Of a stretch of 64,000 nt of DNA, positions 29,175 through 38,922 are shown one piece after another. This DNA comes from an uncultured Candidatus Saccharibacteria bacterium (GTDB taxonomy: Bacteria; Patescibacteriota; Minisyncoccia; Phycocordibacterales; UBA9973): NCBI GenBank assembly GCA_964646765.1, contig CAZYIA010000001.1, forward strand, positions 1,334-65,333. The letters are read 5' to 3'. Under the pieces are notes generated by a model. It searched no databases, had not been told where the DNA came from, and saw only the letters and a list, made by a program, of their open reading frames with translations. A program made the position numbers and the translations under genes. The stretch's first letter is position 1. Each line of letters starts with the position of its first letter.

Positions 29175-30926
29175 GTGTCTACGCCCGTAGAAACAATTAA
29201 AGAACGCCTTTCGATCGACGAAGTTATTGGCTCGTACGTTAAACTTGAACGCTCGGGCCAAAACTTCAAGGCTCGGTGCCCATTTCATAACGAAAAGACG
29301 CCGTCGTTTTATGTATCGCCAAATCGTGGCGGATACTACTGTTTTGGATGTGGTGCAAAGGGGGATATCTTCACATTCGTAGAATCGTTTGAAGGTCTCG
29401 ACTTTAAGGGAGCATTGAAAGTGCTCGCCGACCGAGCAGGTGTAGAGCTAAAGCCAGAGAAGCCGGGAGCAAAGGACGAACGCGACAGACTCTTTGCCAT
29501 CATGGAAGCAGCAACTCAGTACTTTGAGTCAGCGCTTACTCGAGTAAACGATATTCAAGCGTATATCAAGGATCGCGGCCTTCATGAAGACACTATAAAA
29601 AGTTTTCGCATAGGCTACGCACCGGAAGGCTGGCGGAATCTCGCTGATCATTTACAGAGTCTCGGCTACTCGCTTAAAGAGCTTGAAGAAGCTGGTTTGG
29701 CGAAACGGGTTAGCGGAGAAGGCACAAAAGAAGATCGTATTTATGATCGTTTCCGTGGCCGCGTTATGTTTCCGATTAGCGATAGTTCTGGCCGCATCAT
29801 TGCATTTTCTGGCCGCATCGTGAAAGATGATGGTACAAGTGCGAAGTATTTAAATTCTCCAGAAACGCCACTCTTCGATAAATCGAGTACGTTGTATGGT
29901 TTAGATCGTGCTAAAGAGACTATTCGACGCTTAGGTTATGCCATTTTAGTCGAAGGCCAATTCGATCTTGTGCTTGCCCATCAAACGGGGACAAAAAATG
30001 TAGTGGCTGCTTCAGGTACAGCCCTTACTGATGACGAAGGCGAAACTGGCAGTCGCGGCGTGGCAAACATGAAAATGATTGCTCGTCTCTGCAAGAATGT
30101 TGTGCTCTCGTTTGATGGAGACAGTGCTGGTATTAGAGCTACCTATCGTGGAGTGCGACTGGCTTGGATATTAGGTATGGACACCAAAGTAGCGCTTTTG
30201 CCAGAAGGCAAAGATCCTGCAGATGTCATCCGTGAAGGTGGAGATACCTGGCAAAAAGTTCTTCGTACCACAAAGCCAGCTCTAGAATTTTTTACTAGCC
30301 GTATTCGTGCAGAATCTTCCGACGACCGCGTATACCACAAACGAGTTCGTGACGAACTTTTATCCCTCGTGGCTTTACTTCCTTCGGCTATCGATCAAGA
30401 GCACGCATTAAAAACACTTGAGCGCGAAACAGGAGTAAATGCCGAATCATGGAAACATGATTTAGAGCAGATCGTTCGTGAACCTCGTCCCGTTGGGGTG
30501 GTGCAAACCGAACGTCTCGAAGCGCCACGATTTACTCGGGCAAGTGACAGACTCTTCGGTCTCATTGCCTGGCAGAAAAGTGTACAGAGTCCAGTCATTA
30601 ACCCAGAGATGTACGAAAAAAAGATTATTGAAACTGTAGGTGAAGAAACATTTAAAAAACTTCGCGACGCAGTATCTGATAGAACTGAAACTCTCATTTT
30701 TGAAGCCGAAGCTGCATTTGCTGATACTGCTCAGATAGCTATAGAAGCCGACATGCTCACCGGGTTACTTACAGAAGAAGTTATTAGAGATGAAATTAGG
30801 GCTTTAACTCCTGAAGTACGACGAGCCGAAACGAATCATGACCCAACGTTACCAGCCCTTTTAGAGAAACACCGAACGCTAACTGATAGGCTCGAGAGCG
30901 AGCGAAGGAAGCGTCACGGAGCATGA
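29175..30926 (+). CDS. dnaG: DNA primase
   Basis: GTG start. Zinc finger CPFHNEKTPSF...CFGCG, and TOPRIM EGQFDLV...DGDSAG. Confidence 0.9.
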   Translation: MSTPVETIKERLSIDEVIGSYVKLERSGQNFKARCPFHNEKTPSFYVSPNRGGYYCFGCGAKGDIFTFVESFEGLDFKGALKVLADRAGVELKPEKPGAKDERDRLFAIMEAATQYFESALTRVNDIQAYIKDRGLHEDTIKSFRIGYAPEGWRNLADHLQSLGYSLKELEEAGLAKRVSGEGTKEDRIYDRFRGRVMFPISDSSGRIIAFSGRIVKDDGTSAKYLNSPETPLFDKSSTLYGLDRAKETIRRLGYAILVEGQFDLVLAHQTGTKNVVAASGTALTDDEGETGSRGVANMKMIARLCKNVVLSFDGDSAGIRATYRGVRLAWILGMDTKVALLPEGKDPADVIREGGDTWQKVLRTTKPALEFFTSRIRAESSDDRVYHKRVRDELLSLVALLPSAIDQEHALKTLERETGVNAESWKHDLEQIVREPRPVGVVQTERLEAPRFTRASDRLFGLIAWQKSVQSPVINPEMYEKKIIETVGEETFKKLRDAVSDRTETLIFEAEAAFADTAQIAIEADMLTGLLTEEVIRDEIRALTPEVRRAETNHDPTLPALLEKHRTLTDRLESERRKRHGA

Positions 30927-30958
30927 TATACTCTCGTTACTAACTAACCCATAAAAAT

Positions 30959-32251
30959 ATGCCGAGTAAAGCAAAGAAGAAAACAACTAAAAAAGCCCTT
31001 AAGAAAAAGCCTATCCTCAAAAAGAAGGTTTCTAAGAGTGTACCTAAAAAGGGCGGAGCCGCTAAAAAACTGATCGAAAAGCGCCGGGCGGCTGTTAAGA
31101 AAGTAGCACCTAAAAAAGTGGCTACTCCAAAAGCAAAGGCTGTAAAGCCAGAGAAACCAGTAAAACTTACTGCCGCAGAAAAGAAAGCAAAAGAGTTTGA
31201 GGCACGTGCCCAATCGCTTATTGAAAAAGGTAAAAAGCGTGGTTTTATTACCTATGACGAAATTTTAAAAACATTTCCTGACATTGAGAATAACATTCTC
31301 TTTTTGGATGAACTGTACGAAAAATTCCAAGTAGCAGGTGTTGATATTTTAGAAGGTGGTAACCTGCTCGACGTTGATATTGATGCAAAAGAACTCAAAC
31401 TTGGTAAGGAATCAAGCCAATATGATTCAATCCAAATTTATCTCAAAGAAATTGGCCAGTATCCACTTCTTACTGCTGCCGATGAGCGCGAACTCGCAAA
31501 GCGTATTGAAGCAGGGGACTTAGAAGCAAAAAACTTGCTTGCCCGTGCTAACCTCCGTTTGGTGGTTTCGATTGCTAAAAAATATGTTGGTCGCTCTTCT
31601 GATCTTACGCTGCTCGACCTCATTCAGGAAGGTAACCTCGGTCTTTTTAAGGCGGTAGAAAAATTTGACTGGTCTAAAGGTTTCAAATTCTCAACCTATG
31701 CAACCTGGTGGATTCGCCAGTCTATTACCCGCGCACTTGCTGACCAGAGCCGTACTATCCGTATTCCAGTTCACATGGTAGAAACCATTTCGAAATATAA
31801 ACAGGTATATCGTCGTCTCTCCCAAGACCTTGGCCGCGATCCACTCCCAGAGGAAATCGCTACCGAAATGGGTATTGAAGTAGAAAAGGTGCATGTAATT
31901 GAAAACATCAACCAAGATACCGTTTCGCTTGAACAGCCAATTGGTGACGATGATGAAAAATCTACTCGTGGTGAATTTATCGCTGACGACAAAATTCTCC
32001 GCCCTGATCAGGAAGCTTCTCGCCGTATCTTACAAGACCAAATCCGCGAAGTGCTCGGTGAGCTTTCACCAAAAGAACAACGCATTCTTGAAATGCGCTA
32101 CGGTCTTCATGATGGCGTACAGCACACCCTTGAAGAGGTAGGTCAAGAATTCGGTGTAACCCGTGAGCGTATTCGCCAAATTGAGGCAAAAGTACATGAA
32201 AAGCTCCGTAATAACGAGAAAATTCAGCGCCTGAAGAATTACTTCGACTAG
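30959..32251 (+). CDS. rpoD: primary RNA polymerase sigma factor (sigma-70/RpoD) with Lys-rich N-terminal extension
   Basis: Region 2.x [14 protein letters not shown], region 4 [20 protein letters not shown]. Roughly 80 aa of K/A-rich N-terminal sequence. Confidence 0.9.
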   Translation: MPSKAKKKTTKKALKKKPILKKKVSKSVPKKGGAAKKLIEKRRAAVKKVAPKKVATPKAKAVKPEKPVKLTAAEKKAKEFEARAQSLIEKGKKRGFITYDEILKTFPDIENNILFLDELYEKFQVAGVDILEGGNLLDVDIDAKELKLGKESSQYDSIQIYLKEIGQYPLLTAADERELAKRIEAGDLEAKNLLARANLRLVVSIAKKYVGRSSDLTLLDLIQEGNLGLFKAVEKFDWSKGFKFSTYATWWIRQSITRALADQSRTIRIPVHMVETISKYKQVYRRLSQDLGRDPLPEEIATEMGIEVEKVHVIENINQDTVSLEQPIGDDDEKSTRGEFIADDKILRPDQEASRRILQDQIREVLGELSPKEQRILEMRYGLHDGVQHTLEEVGQEFGVTRERIRQIEAKVHEKLRNNEKIQRLKNYFD

Positions 32252-32390
32252 GCTTGCATATTTTTTAGGCCCATGCTTAACTAGAACTACATGATTACTT
32301 ATAAGCACAACGCAATCCCTTGTCTTCCACCTACCACCGCGGAGGGTTGTCCTTTGTGCTTGTAAGAAATTTCTAACTTCGAGCCTAGAT

Positions 32391-32428
32391 GAGAGCCCTC
32401 CGCAGAACACGGAAGGCTCTTTTCTTTT
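32391..32428 (+). terminator. intrinsic terminator after rpoD
   Basis: agagcc...ggctct stem followed by tttctttt. It sits inside a larger imperfect palindrome running 32299-32366. Confidence 0.55.
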
Positions 32429-32471
32429 ATATTCAAATAATCTAATCATTAACCAACTAAAAAGCTGAATT

Positions 32472-33560
32472 ATGAAACCAAGCAACAACCAACCGTATTT
32501 CTTTGCCGTTATTGGAACAGGCAAACTCGCAAAAGCATTTGCAATCTTCTTTGTTTTTTTACTTAGTAAAAAACAACGTAAAAACGTTCTATTTATTGGA
32601 CCGCAGAAAACTTCTAACCTGGACTACTTTAAGAAATTGGGTTTTTCCGTTTCAAACGACTACCAATTAGTGGCCAATGTTCGGTCGGTAGTGATAGCTG
32701 TTGCCCCCGGTGGTATTGGAGACGTCCTGTTTGCTCTGAAGTACGCCCAATTACAACCAGACTTTGACCAGTATTTTGTGGTCATTGTTTCTGGAGTGCG
32801 TAAAGCACCATTTACCGAGGAGGCAGGCATTAACCGCCATAAGTTAATTATCGCTACTACCGACACCAATATTTCTTCCGGCAACGGTTTGATGGTAATG
32901 AATGGTGAAGGCACCAGCCCATACTTTCAGCGTGCGCAAGAAGAAATGAAAATGTTTGGAACCGTACAAGCAACGAGTCCAACTAAGGTGCGCAAATCAA
33001 TTACATTTGTTGGCTCCTGGGCTGCATTTAACGCAAAAGACCTATGGGTAAGTTATATTACTTCTGGTGTTACTTGTAGTTTTACCGATTGGCTATTTGA
33101 ACTTTACGAACGGTATGATGAAATTATTAATGCAAAAAAAATAATACCAGAATACGCAGGAGTACAGCAGTATATCCGTGCAATGGTTCCAGTATTAAAA
33201 CGATTCGGCTATCGTAACCACGACAGAACTCGTACTGCTTTCAACCACATTACTAAAATTCTTTTTAATACCGTACTAACCTTTCTTGCAGAAGGAGTTA
33301 CCGATGAGGAAGGAGTACGCCTGTATATAGAAAGAGTAGCAAGTAAAGATGGTTGCACTGAGAGGGGTATTGGAAAGATTAATACACCAGCTGATTTTGC
33401 TTCACCAACTTTGTTAACTACTACCGGTCTTACTATTAACCAGGTAGTAAAAGATGTATTTCCAGTTCGGGTTTCTGAATCAATAGAAGAAGCTCGTAAA
33501 AAAGATGGAGGACATATAGTTCACAAAGAACTTGCCAGGGGTAACTACCCATTAACTTAA
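32472..33560 (+). CDS. NAD(P)-binding Rossmann oxidoreductase, pyrroline-5-carboxylate reductase-like, with C-terminal extension
   Basis: AVIGTGKLA dinucleotide-binding motif at the N-terminus. ProC-like central blocks VVIAVAPGG and IIATTDTN. 362 aa against about 270 for a canonical ProC. Confidence 0.4.
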   Translation: MKPSNNQPYFFAVIGTGKLAKAFAIFFVFLLSKKQRKNVLFIGPQKTSNLDYFKKLGFSVSNDYQLVANVRSVVIAVAPGGIGDVLFALKYAQLQPDFDQYFVVIVSGVRKAPFTEEAGINRHKLIIATTDTNISSGNGLMVMNGEGTSPYFQRAQEEMKMFGTVQATSPTKVRKSITFVGSWAAFNAKDLWVSYITSGVTCSFTDWLFELYERYDEIINAKKIIPEYAGVQQYIRAMVPVLKRFGYRNHDRTRTAFNHITKILFNTVLTFLAEGVTDEEGVRLYIERVASKDGCTERGIGKINTPADFASPTLLTTTGLTINQVVKDVFPVRVSESIEEARKKDGGHIVHKELARGNYPLT

Positions 33561-33625
33561 TTACTAACCAGCAGTAAACGAAAAATGCCCCTGCTTTTCA
33601 AGCCGGGGCATTTTCTTGTCTCTAC

Positions 33626-34366
33626 CTATTTCATTTTAAAGAGACTTCCCATACCACCAGATTTGTGGAGGAGCTCTTCAATCACACCAGTTACTGTTGA
33701 GTAGGAAACAGCACCAGGAATAGCATATTGTTTACCATCTGGAGCGATAACGAGGATAAATGGTGTACCCTGAACACCAACAGCATTACCATCCTCAACA
33801 TCTTTCTGAACCTTTGAAAGGAGTGAGGTATCTTTCATACACGTATCAAACTTTGCCTCATCAGCACCAGCTTGTACTGCGAGCTTTGGAAGTTGTGCTG
33901 GATCAAGACCGTTGTTTGATGGGGTAACTGCAAAAACTGAGTTTACGAATTTCCAGAAACCTTCATTGCCAAGCTGCGCAGCCACACATTCAGAAGCCAA
34001 TGCTTCATTACGAGCTTTGGGGTGGAGAGAATCGAGAGGGAAGTGGCGATATACCCAACGTACTTTTGTACCGTAATCTTTCATCACAACTTCCATTGTT
34101 TGATGAAAACGCTTACAAAATGGACACTCAAGATCAGTGTACTCAATGAACGTAAGTGGGGCGTTAGCTCCACCCAGAGAGTAGTCTGTAGCATCTACAG
34201 CACGGGCTGGAACGTTAATTGGATTTTGAGTAATCTGGGCTATCTGCTGAATAATATCAGGATCCTTAATTTCGGTTCCTTTTGAGACATTGCTCGCATA
34301 AATTGCACCGGCAATAAGGAGGCCAGCAACAACAATAGCGGCAGGAATACTAAGGCGATCGCTCAT
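33626..34366 (-). CDS. DsbA-family thiol:disulfide oxidoreductase, membrane-anchored
   Basis: N-terminal TM. CPFC active site in ECPFCKRFH within a thioredoxin fold. Confidence 0.85.
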   Translation of the reverse strand: MSDRLSIPAAIVVAGLLIAGAIYASNVSKGTEIKDPDIIQQIAQITQNPINVPARAVDATDYSLGGANAPLTFIEYTDLECPFCKRFHQTMEVVMKDYGTKVRWVYRHFPLDSLHPKARNEALASECVAAQLGNEGFWKFVNSVFAVTPSNNGLDPAQLPKLAVQAGADEAKFDTCMKDTSLLSKVQKDVEDGNAVGVQGTPFILVIAPDGKQYAIPGAVSYSTVTGVIEELLHKSGGMGSLFKMK

Positions 34367-34451
34367 AGATAGATGTTTTAAAAATTACGAATAACACTTC
34401 CCGTGATTAGGGTAGGGTAAGTATAGCATGGCGCCATGAAGCAAAAAGCAA

Positions 34452-35309
34452 CTACCAATCAAGGTTTATCTTTTCAAAAAGGTTATCCTTTTGAATATAG
34501 AGAACGCTACCTTTAACGATGAAAAGAAGATTTTTACCTGAGATGAGTTTTGACTCGTTGTGGCCTCCATAGCGGTCGATTTCGCTCACGTAAATGCCAT
34601 CATCTTTGGCGAGGATAACAATGTCGTTACGATTTGGGAAAAAGTCAAAACTAGTTTCAGTTGGAACACCTCGAGCGATAGCTGAAACTAAAGAGCAAAC
34701 CCCAGGAGCATCACAAAAATAATGCGGAAGAGTATTTTCGCTGCCAGTCCATTCACCATAGATACTGTCGCCAAATTGGAAAATATGCGTTTTATCTTGA
34801 GTGTGTTCTTTCATAACTGGAGAGGAAGTGATTTCTCCAGAAACAGGGTCACGCACTGGGATAAACAGTTTTCGAGTTGTTGTGTATTCAGGGTTCGTAA
34901 GTAGGTGGCCATTCTCGTCAGTGATTTTTTGAGGTATTTCTGTAATTTCGGGTTCTAACGGAATTTGAAATGGGTGAACATCGGTTACTTTTCCAGCAAC
35001 CACCGGGACATCTTTCTCCCAGCTAGAAAAATTTTCTCGAGCAAAGAGCACACGATACGTTGTAGGAGTAAAACCTTGGCTGAGTGAGTCAGTAGTAACG
35101 TAGGGAGTAGTAAGGCTACCTCCTGAAATAGTTGTTACACCTTTAATATTTTCTCGATGAATATAAATACCACCAGTCTCAACTAATCCTTGCTTTTGCG
35201 ACAGTCGAAAACCAGAGACGTAGAGAAATAGCACTGGAAGGATAACAATGAAAATTGCGATAGCAATACCTAAAAGTGCTGCACGTTTTGTAGAAGTAAG
35301 TGGTTCCAT
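34452..35309 (-). CDS. hypothetical membrane-anchored extracytoplasmic protein
   Basis: 285 aa. One N-terminal TM, remainder likely extracellular. Confidence 0.5.
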   Translation of the reverse strand: MEPLTSTKRAALLGIAIAIFIVILPVLFLYVSGFRLSQKQGLVETGGIYIHRENIKGVTTISGGSLTTPYVTTDSLSQGFTPTTYRVLFARENFSSWEKDVPVVAGKVTDVHPFQIPLEPEITEIPQKITDENGHLLTNPEYTTTRKLFIPVRDPVSGEITSSPVMKEHTQDKTHIFQFGDSIYGEWTGSENTLPHYFCDAPGVCSLVSAIARGVPTETSFDFFPNRNDIVILAKDDGIYVSEIDRYGGHNESKLISGKNLLFIVKGSVLYIQKDNLFEKINLDW

Positions 35310-35318
35310 TTTTCTCTA

Positions 35319-36929
35319 TTATACATGAGAGAGAGAAATTTTTTTATTATTTCCTCCACGATGTTTTGGGGTAACCCAAAATCCCATGTATTTACCTAAC
35401 AGTAATCGTGTTTGAGCTTCAATGCCTGGGAGCGCGCCAAAGACAACAATTGAGAAGGGTACCAAAAGCCATTCAATAACCATAATTGTTCGAGAAAGGT
35501 AGGGTCGTTTGATGTGTTCCGGAGCTTTTGGTACAAATTGGGAAGCGATAAATGCAGACGATAGAATACCACTCATAGAAAGCACCATCAAAAGCTGGGT
35601 AATGATTGGTAAGTTGTAGGCAAGAGTACTGTGGGCGAAGGTGTAACCGCCGATAACGCCGGGTAGCCAACCAAGGAGGAAAATAAAAATAGGATTTGTA
35701 GCGAGGGCCCAGTAACCGTCAATTTGAATAAGAGCTGTAGAAAGACGTTTCTTTATTGGAATGCGCTTATTTTTAATGAATGAAAAAAGAAGATACGGAA
35801 CATTTTCAGCACCCCACATCCAGCGGCGATGCTGTTTGTACACGTTCTTACAGGTTTCAATGAAGTTTTTTCCCAGATTCGCGTCCATAGAGACTGGATA
35901 GGCCATTGGTGTTACGGTATAGGCACCATTGTAAGCAACATAGGCATTCCAAAAAATTCGAGAGTCATCTGAGACAATGTTGCGCTGCCAGTAACCAAGC
36001 TCAACAAGTGTTTGAAATGAAACTGAGTGTGATGAAAACGTCACTAATTCTTCAGGGCGTTCCTGTTGAATCATTTGCCAAAAGGTTCCCGAAAGAGCAG
36101 GAACACGAGAGAATGGTGGCACATCCCAAATGTTGTTATTGTAAAACGGAATTGGCTGGAAACTTGTTCGATACGGGTTTTTACTGGTTATAAAATGATA
36201 GGCAAGTACATTAAAATATTCTGGGTAAATAACTGAGTCAATATCAAAGGCAGACGCGATAACATCTGTATAGGCAATATGTTTTACATCAAGAATTTGT
36301 TTACGAACTTCCTCGCTCGCGTAAGAAATGTTTGAACCTTTACCTGCAAGTTCACCTGGTACATTACTTGGATGTACCGTAACTAAAAAGTGGCCAAAGG
36401 TGTTGTTAAATTTTTTCTCAGCGTCGTGAGCACGAGTAATCGCATCTGGGCCACCACTTTGCTCTGCGGCAAGTACAACAATAAATTTTGAAAGATCATA
36501 GTGAGCTTTCGTAAGTGATAGTAAGGTATCTTCAATAACTGTCGTTGATTCTGAATGGAAGGGGAGAAGAATGAGATGATAGAGATGCTGGTATGATGTA
36601 CCCTCAAGTTTTTTTTGCCAGTCGGTAGCAAGATTTTTCTTTACCCGGCTATAGTTGTGATGTAAATGGAAAGAGAGGTACGCAGTTTTTAGAAGCCAGT
36701 AGAGATCAAAGGCAATAATAAAAAGTGCTGCACCGCGTGGTGCAAAGTAGGAGATAAGAACCGTACCAAACAGAGTGCCCCAGGTAAGTAAGCCCGGCAG
36801 CATCTCTAAAAAGCGATATAGCCTGCGATCGTTGCCTGTGAGTTCACTTGCGCGCCCGACATGAAAATACGGAGTGTGAATGTACTCCGTGTTCAATGCG
36901 GCTTTATTTTGTAAGGTCGTTTCAGCCAT
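35319..36929 (-). CDS. GT2-family processive beta-glycosyltransferase (cellulose-synthase-like) membrane protein
   Basis: 536 aa. QxxRW motif QHRRWMWGAE, central catalytic domain, multiple TMs. Confidence 0.7.
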   Translation of the reverse strand: MAETTLQNKAALNTEYIHTPYFHVGRASELTGNDRRLYRFLEMLPGLLTWGTLFGTVLISYFAPRGAALFIIAFDLYWLLKTAYLSFHLHHNYSRVKKNLATDWQKKLEGTSYQHLYHLILLPFHSESTTVIEDTLLSLTKAHYDLSKFIVVLAAEQSGGPDAITRAHDAEKKFNNTFGHFLVTVHPSNVPGELAGKGSNISYASEEVRKQILDVKHIAYTDVIASAFDIDSVIYPEYFNVLAYHFITSKNPYRTSFQPIPFYNNNIWDVPPFSRVPALSGTFWQMIQQERPEELVTFSSHSVSFQTLVELGYWQRNIVSDDSRIFWNAYVAYNGAYTVTPMAYPVSMDANLGKNFIETCKNVYKQHRRWMWGAENVPYLLFSFIKNKRIPIKKRLSTALIQIDGYWALATNPIFIFLLGWLPGVIGGYTFAHSTLAYNLPIITQLLMVLSMSGILSSAFIASQFVPKAPEHIKRPYLSRTIMVIEWLLVPFSIVVFGALPGIEAQTRLLLGKYMGFWVTPKHRGGNNKKISLSHV

Positions 36930-37030
36930 TACGATCTTCGTAGTTTACCGTAAATGGTGAAATTTTCAAGTAATAAAAAACTAGCCACCTCAGTATGTCG
37001 AGATGGCTAGTTGTCGCTATATAGTAGCGC

Positions 37031-38497
37031 TTATTCTTCGATTAGTAGTGAAAGTAGTAAATTATAGAACCGGTATACCGAATCGGTATCAACCCATTCT
37101 CTTGTTGTATGAACATCACCCATCGTAGGACCAAAAGATACAATCTCTACACCAGGCATACGTTTGTAAAAAGAAGCACACTCAAGCCCAGCGTGGATTG
37201 TTTTAACTTCAGGTTCACCCCCAAACTGTTCTTTGTATTTACGCTTCAGTAGTGCCAGTAGTTTAGTGTTAAATTGTGGTTCCCATGGCGCGTATTCAGC
37301 AACCACTTCAGTTTCTGCATGTGCTGTTTTGAACAGCGTATTAATTTCTTTTCCCAGTTCGGTAATCTTTGAACTAAGGGAACTTCTAAACATACTGGTA
37401 ATTTTAACGCAGCCGTCTTCCATTTCTACCAGTCCAACATTATTTGATGTCTGAACCATAGTTTTATCTTCTGGTTCCATGCTCATTACACCATCCGGTA
37501 AGTTTGTTAGCAGTTTTAGAAAATCACTTTGTTGGTCGGAGTTCCAGTACTTTTGTGTAGGTTCACCGGTAACCAATTCAATGCTGAACTTTAAACTTTC
37601 GTTTCGGCACAGGTTTCCAGCCTGTTCGGTTAGTAGTGGTATTAAGCTGTTGAATTTCGGTACGTCATTAGTGCGTATCAATATAACTGCCTTTGCCGTA
37701 GAGGGGATGGCATTCATAGCGGTACCACCAGTGAATGAAATAAAACTAAAATCCACACTGCCTTTTAGGTCGGAGAATATTTTTGCCAAAACCTTGATGG
37801 CATTTACGCGGCCTAAGTGTATATCAACGCCAGAGTGTCCACCGGCCAAACCCGATAGCTCAATACTGTAAGTTTTGTAATTAAGTACCGGTTTTACTAA
37901 CTCCAGGTTAATTGAACCAACTACTCTACCTCCACCTGCGCAGCCAACGTATATAATTCCTTCCTCTTCAGAGTCGAGGTTCAGGATACGTTTGCTTTGC
38001 AGAAGGGAATAGTCGAAGTTTTCAGCTCCTACTAAACCTTCTTCTTCGATGGTTGTGTATAGCAGTTCCAGTGGGCCGTGCGGAATAGTTTTGTCAGCCA
38101 TGATAGTCATCATTGCTGCAACACCAATACCGTTGTCGGCTCCCAAAGTGGTATCAGTAGCGGTAAGTATGTTGTCGTTTAGTATAAGTTGGATAGGGAA
38201 CATTTCGGCAACGCTGTCTTCTTTTACACATACCATGTCAGTATGGCTTTGTAAGCACAGTAATGGCAGGTGTTCATAGCCGGAGGAAGCAGGTATGCGT
38301 ACCAGCACGTTGTGCAGGTTATCGCGTATTACTTCCAGCCTTAGCTCGGTAGCTAAGGCAATCAGCATGTCTGCTACAGCAGCTTCATTTTTTGATTTCC
38401 GTGCAATCATGCACAGAGTTACGAAATGCTTCCACAAGTTAATGGGAAGTAGATTGGCGATTACAGCCAGATTGTTTTGGAGGATGTCCTTTTTCAT
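37031..38497 (-). CDS. pepD: aminoacyl-histidine (Xaa-His) dipeptidase, M20C family
   Basis: 488 aa with PepD-type sequence LCLQSHTDMVC...DNGIGVAAMM. Bacteroidetes-like codon usage (CTG, AAG, AGA) unlike the surrounding genome. Confidence 0.8.
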   Translation of the reverse strand: MKKDILQNNLAVIANLLPINLWKHFVTLCMIARKSKNEAAVADMLIALATELRLEVIRDNLHNVLVRIPASSGYEHLPLLCLQSHTDMVCVKEDSVAEMFPIQLILNDNILTATDTTLGADNGIGVAAMMTIMADKTIPHGPLELLYTTIEEEGLVGAENFDYSLLQSKRILNLDSEEEGIIYVGCAGGGRVVGSINLELVKPVLNYKTYSIELSGLAGGHSGVDIHLGRVNAIKVLAKIFSDLKGSVDFSFISFTGGTAMNAIPSTAKAVILIRTNDVPKFNSLIPLLTEQAGNLCRNESLKFSIELVTGEPTQKYWNSDQQSDFLKLLTNLPDGVMSMEPEDKTMVQTSNNVGLVEMEDGCVKITSMFRSSLSSKITELGKEINTLFKTAHAETEVVAEYAPWEPQFNTKLLALLKRKYKEQFGGEPEVKTIHAGLECASFYKRMPGVEIVSFGPTMGDVHTTREWVDTDSVYRFYNLLLSLLIEE

Positions 38498-38722
38498 AAT
38501 AATGGTTTCGTTTTAGTTGTTACCAGAAGAGGGAAGTCTCCTCTGATAACAACTAAAATTGTATGTCAAAAAGTGACGGTTTTCGTTACATTACCATGAT
38601 TTTGCAGTTAGTCAAAAGTTCTTTTTTAGTCGAAGGGCCATCGATCTAATAAAAGGAGGGTCCATTGAAAAACAGATCAAAGTCTGCTAATCTATTGTGG
38701 CTACAGGGTTTTTTAGCCCAGT

Positions 38723-38795
38723 GCCGCCTTAGCTCAGTTGGTAGAGCAACGCTTTTGTAAAGCGAAGGTCCTCGGTTCAAGTCCGAGAGGCGGCT
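38723..38795 (+). tRNA. tRNA-Thr (anticodon TGT)
   Basis: Acceptor GCCGCCT/AGGCGGC, D-arm GCTCAGTTGGTAGAGC, anticodon loop TTTGTAA, T-arm CTCGG-TTCAAGT-CCGAG, discriminator T. 73 nt. Confidence 0.85.
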
Positions 38796-38922
38796 CAGAA
38801 AATTTTCTATTTAGTCATGATGTATGCGAGGTATGTCCTGCGCGAAGGTACGTCGCTTGAGAAGCGGGAGCGGATGGGGCATCTGCGGACACGGCTAGTG
38901 CTGAACGATAAGAAAATTACGC

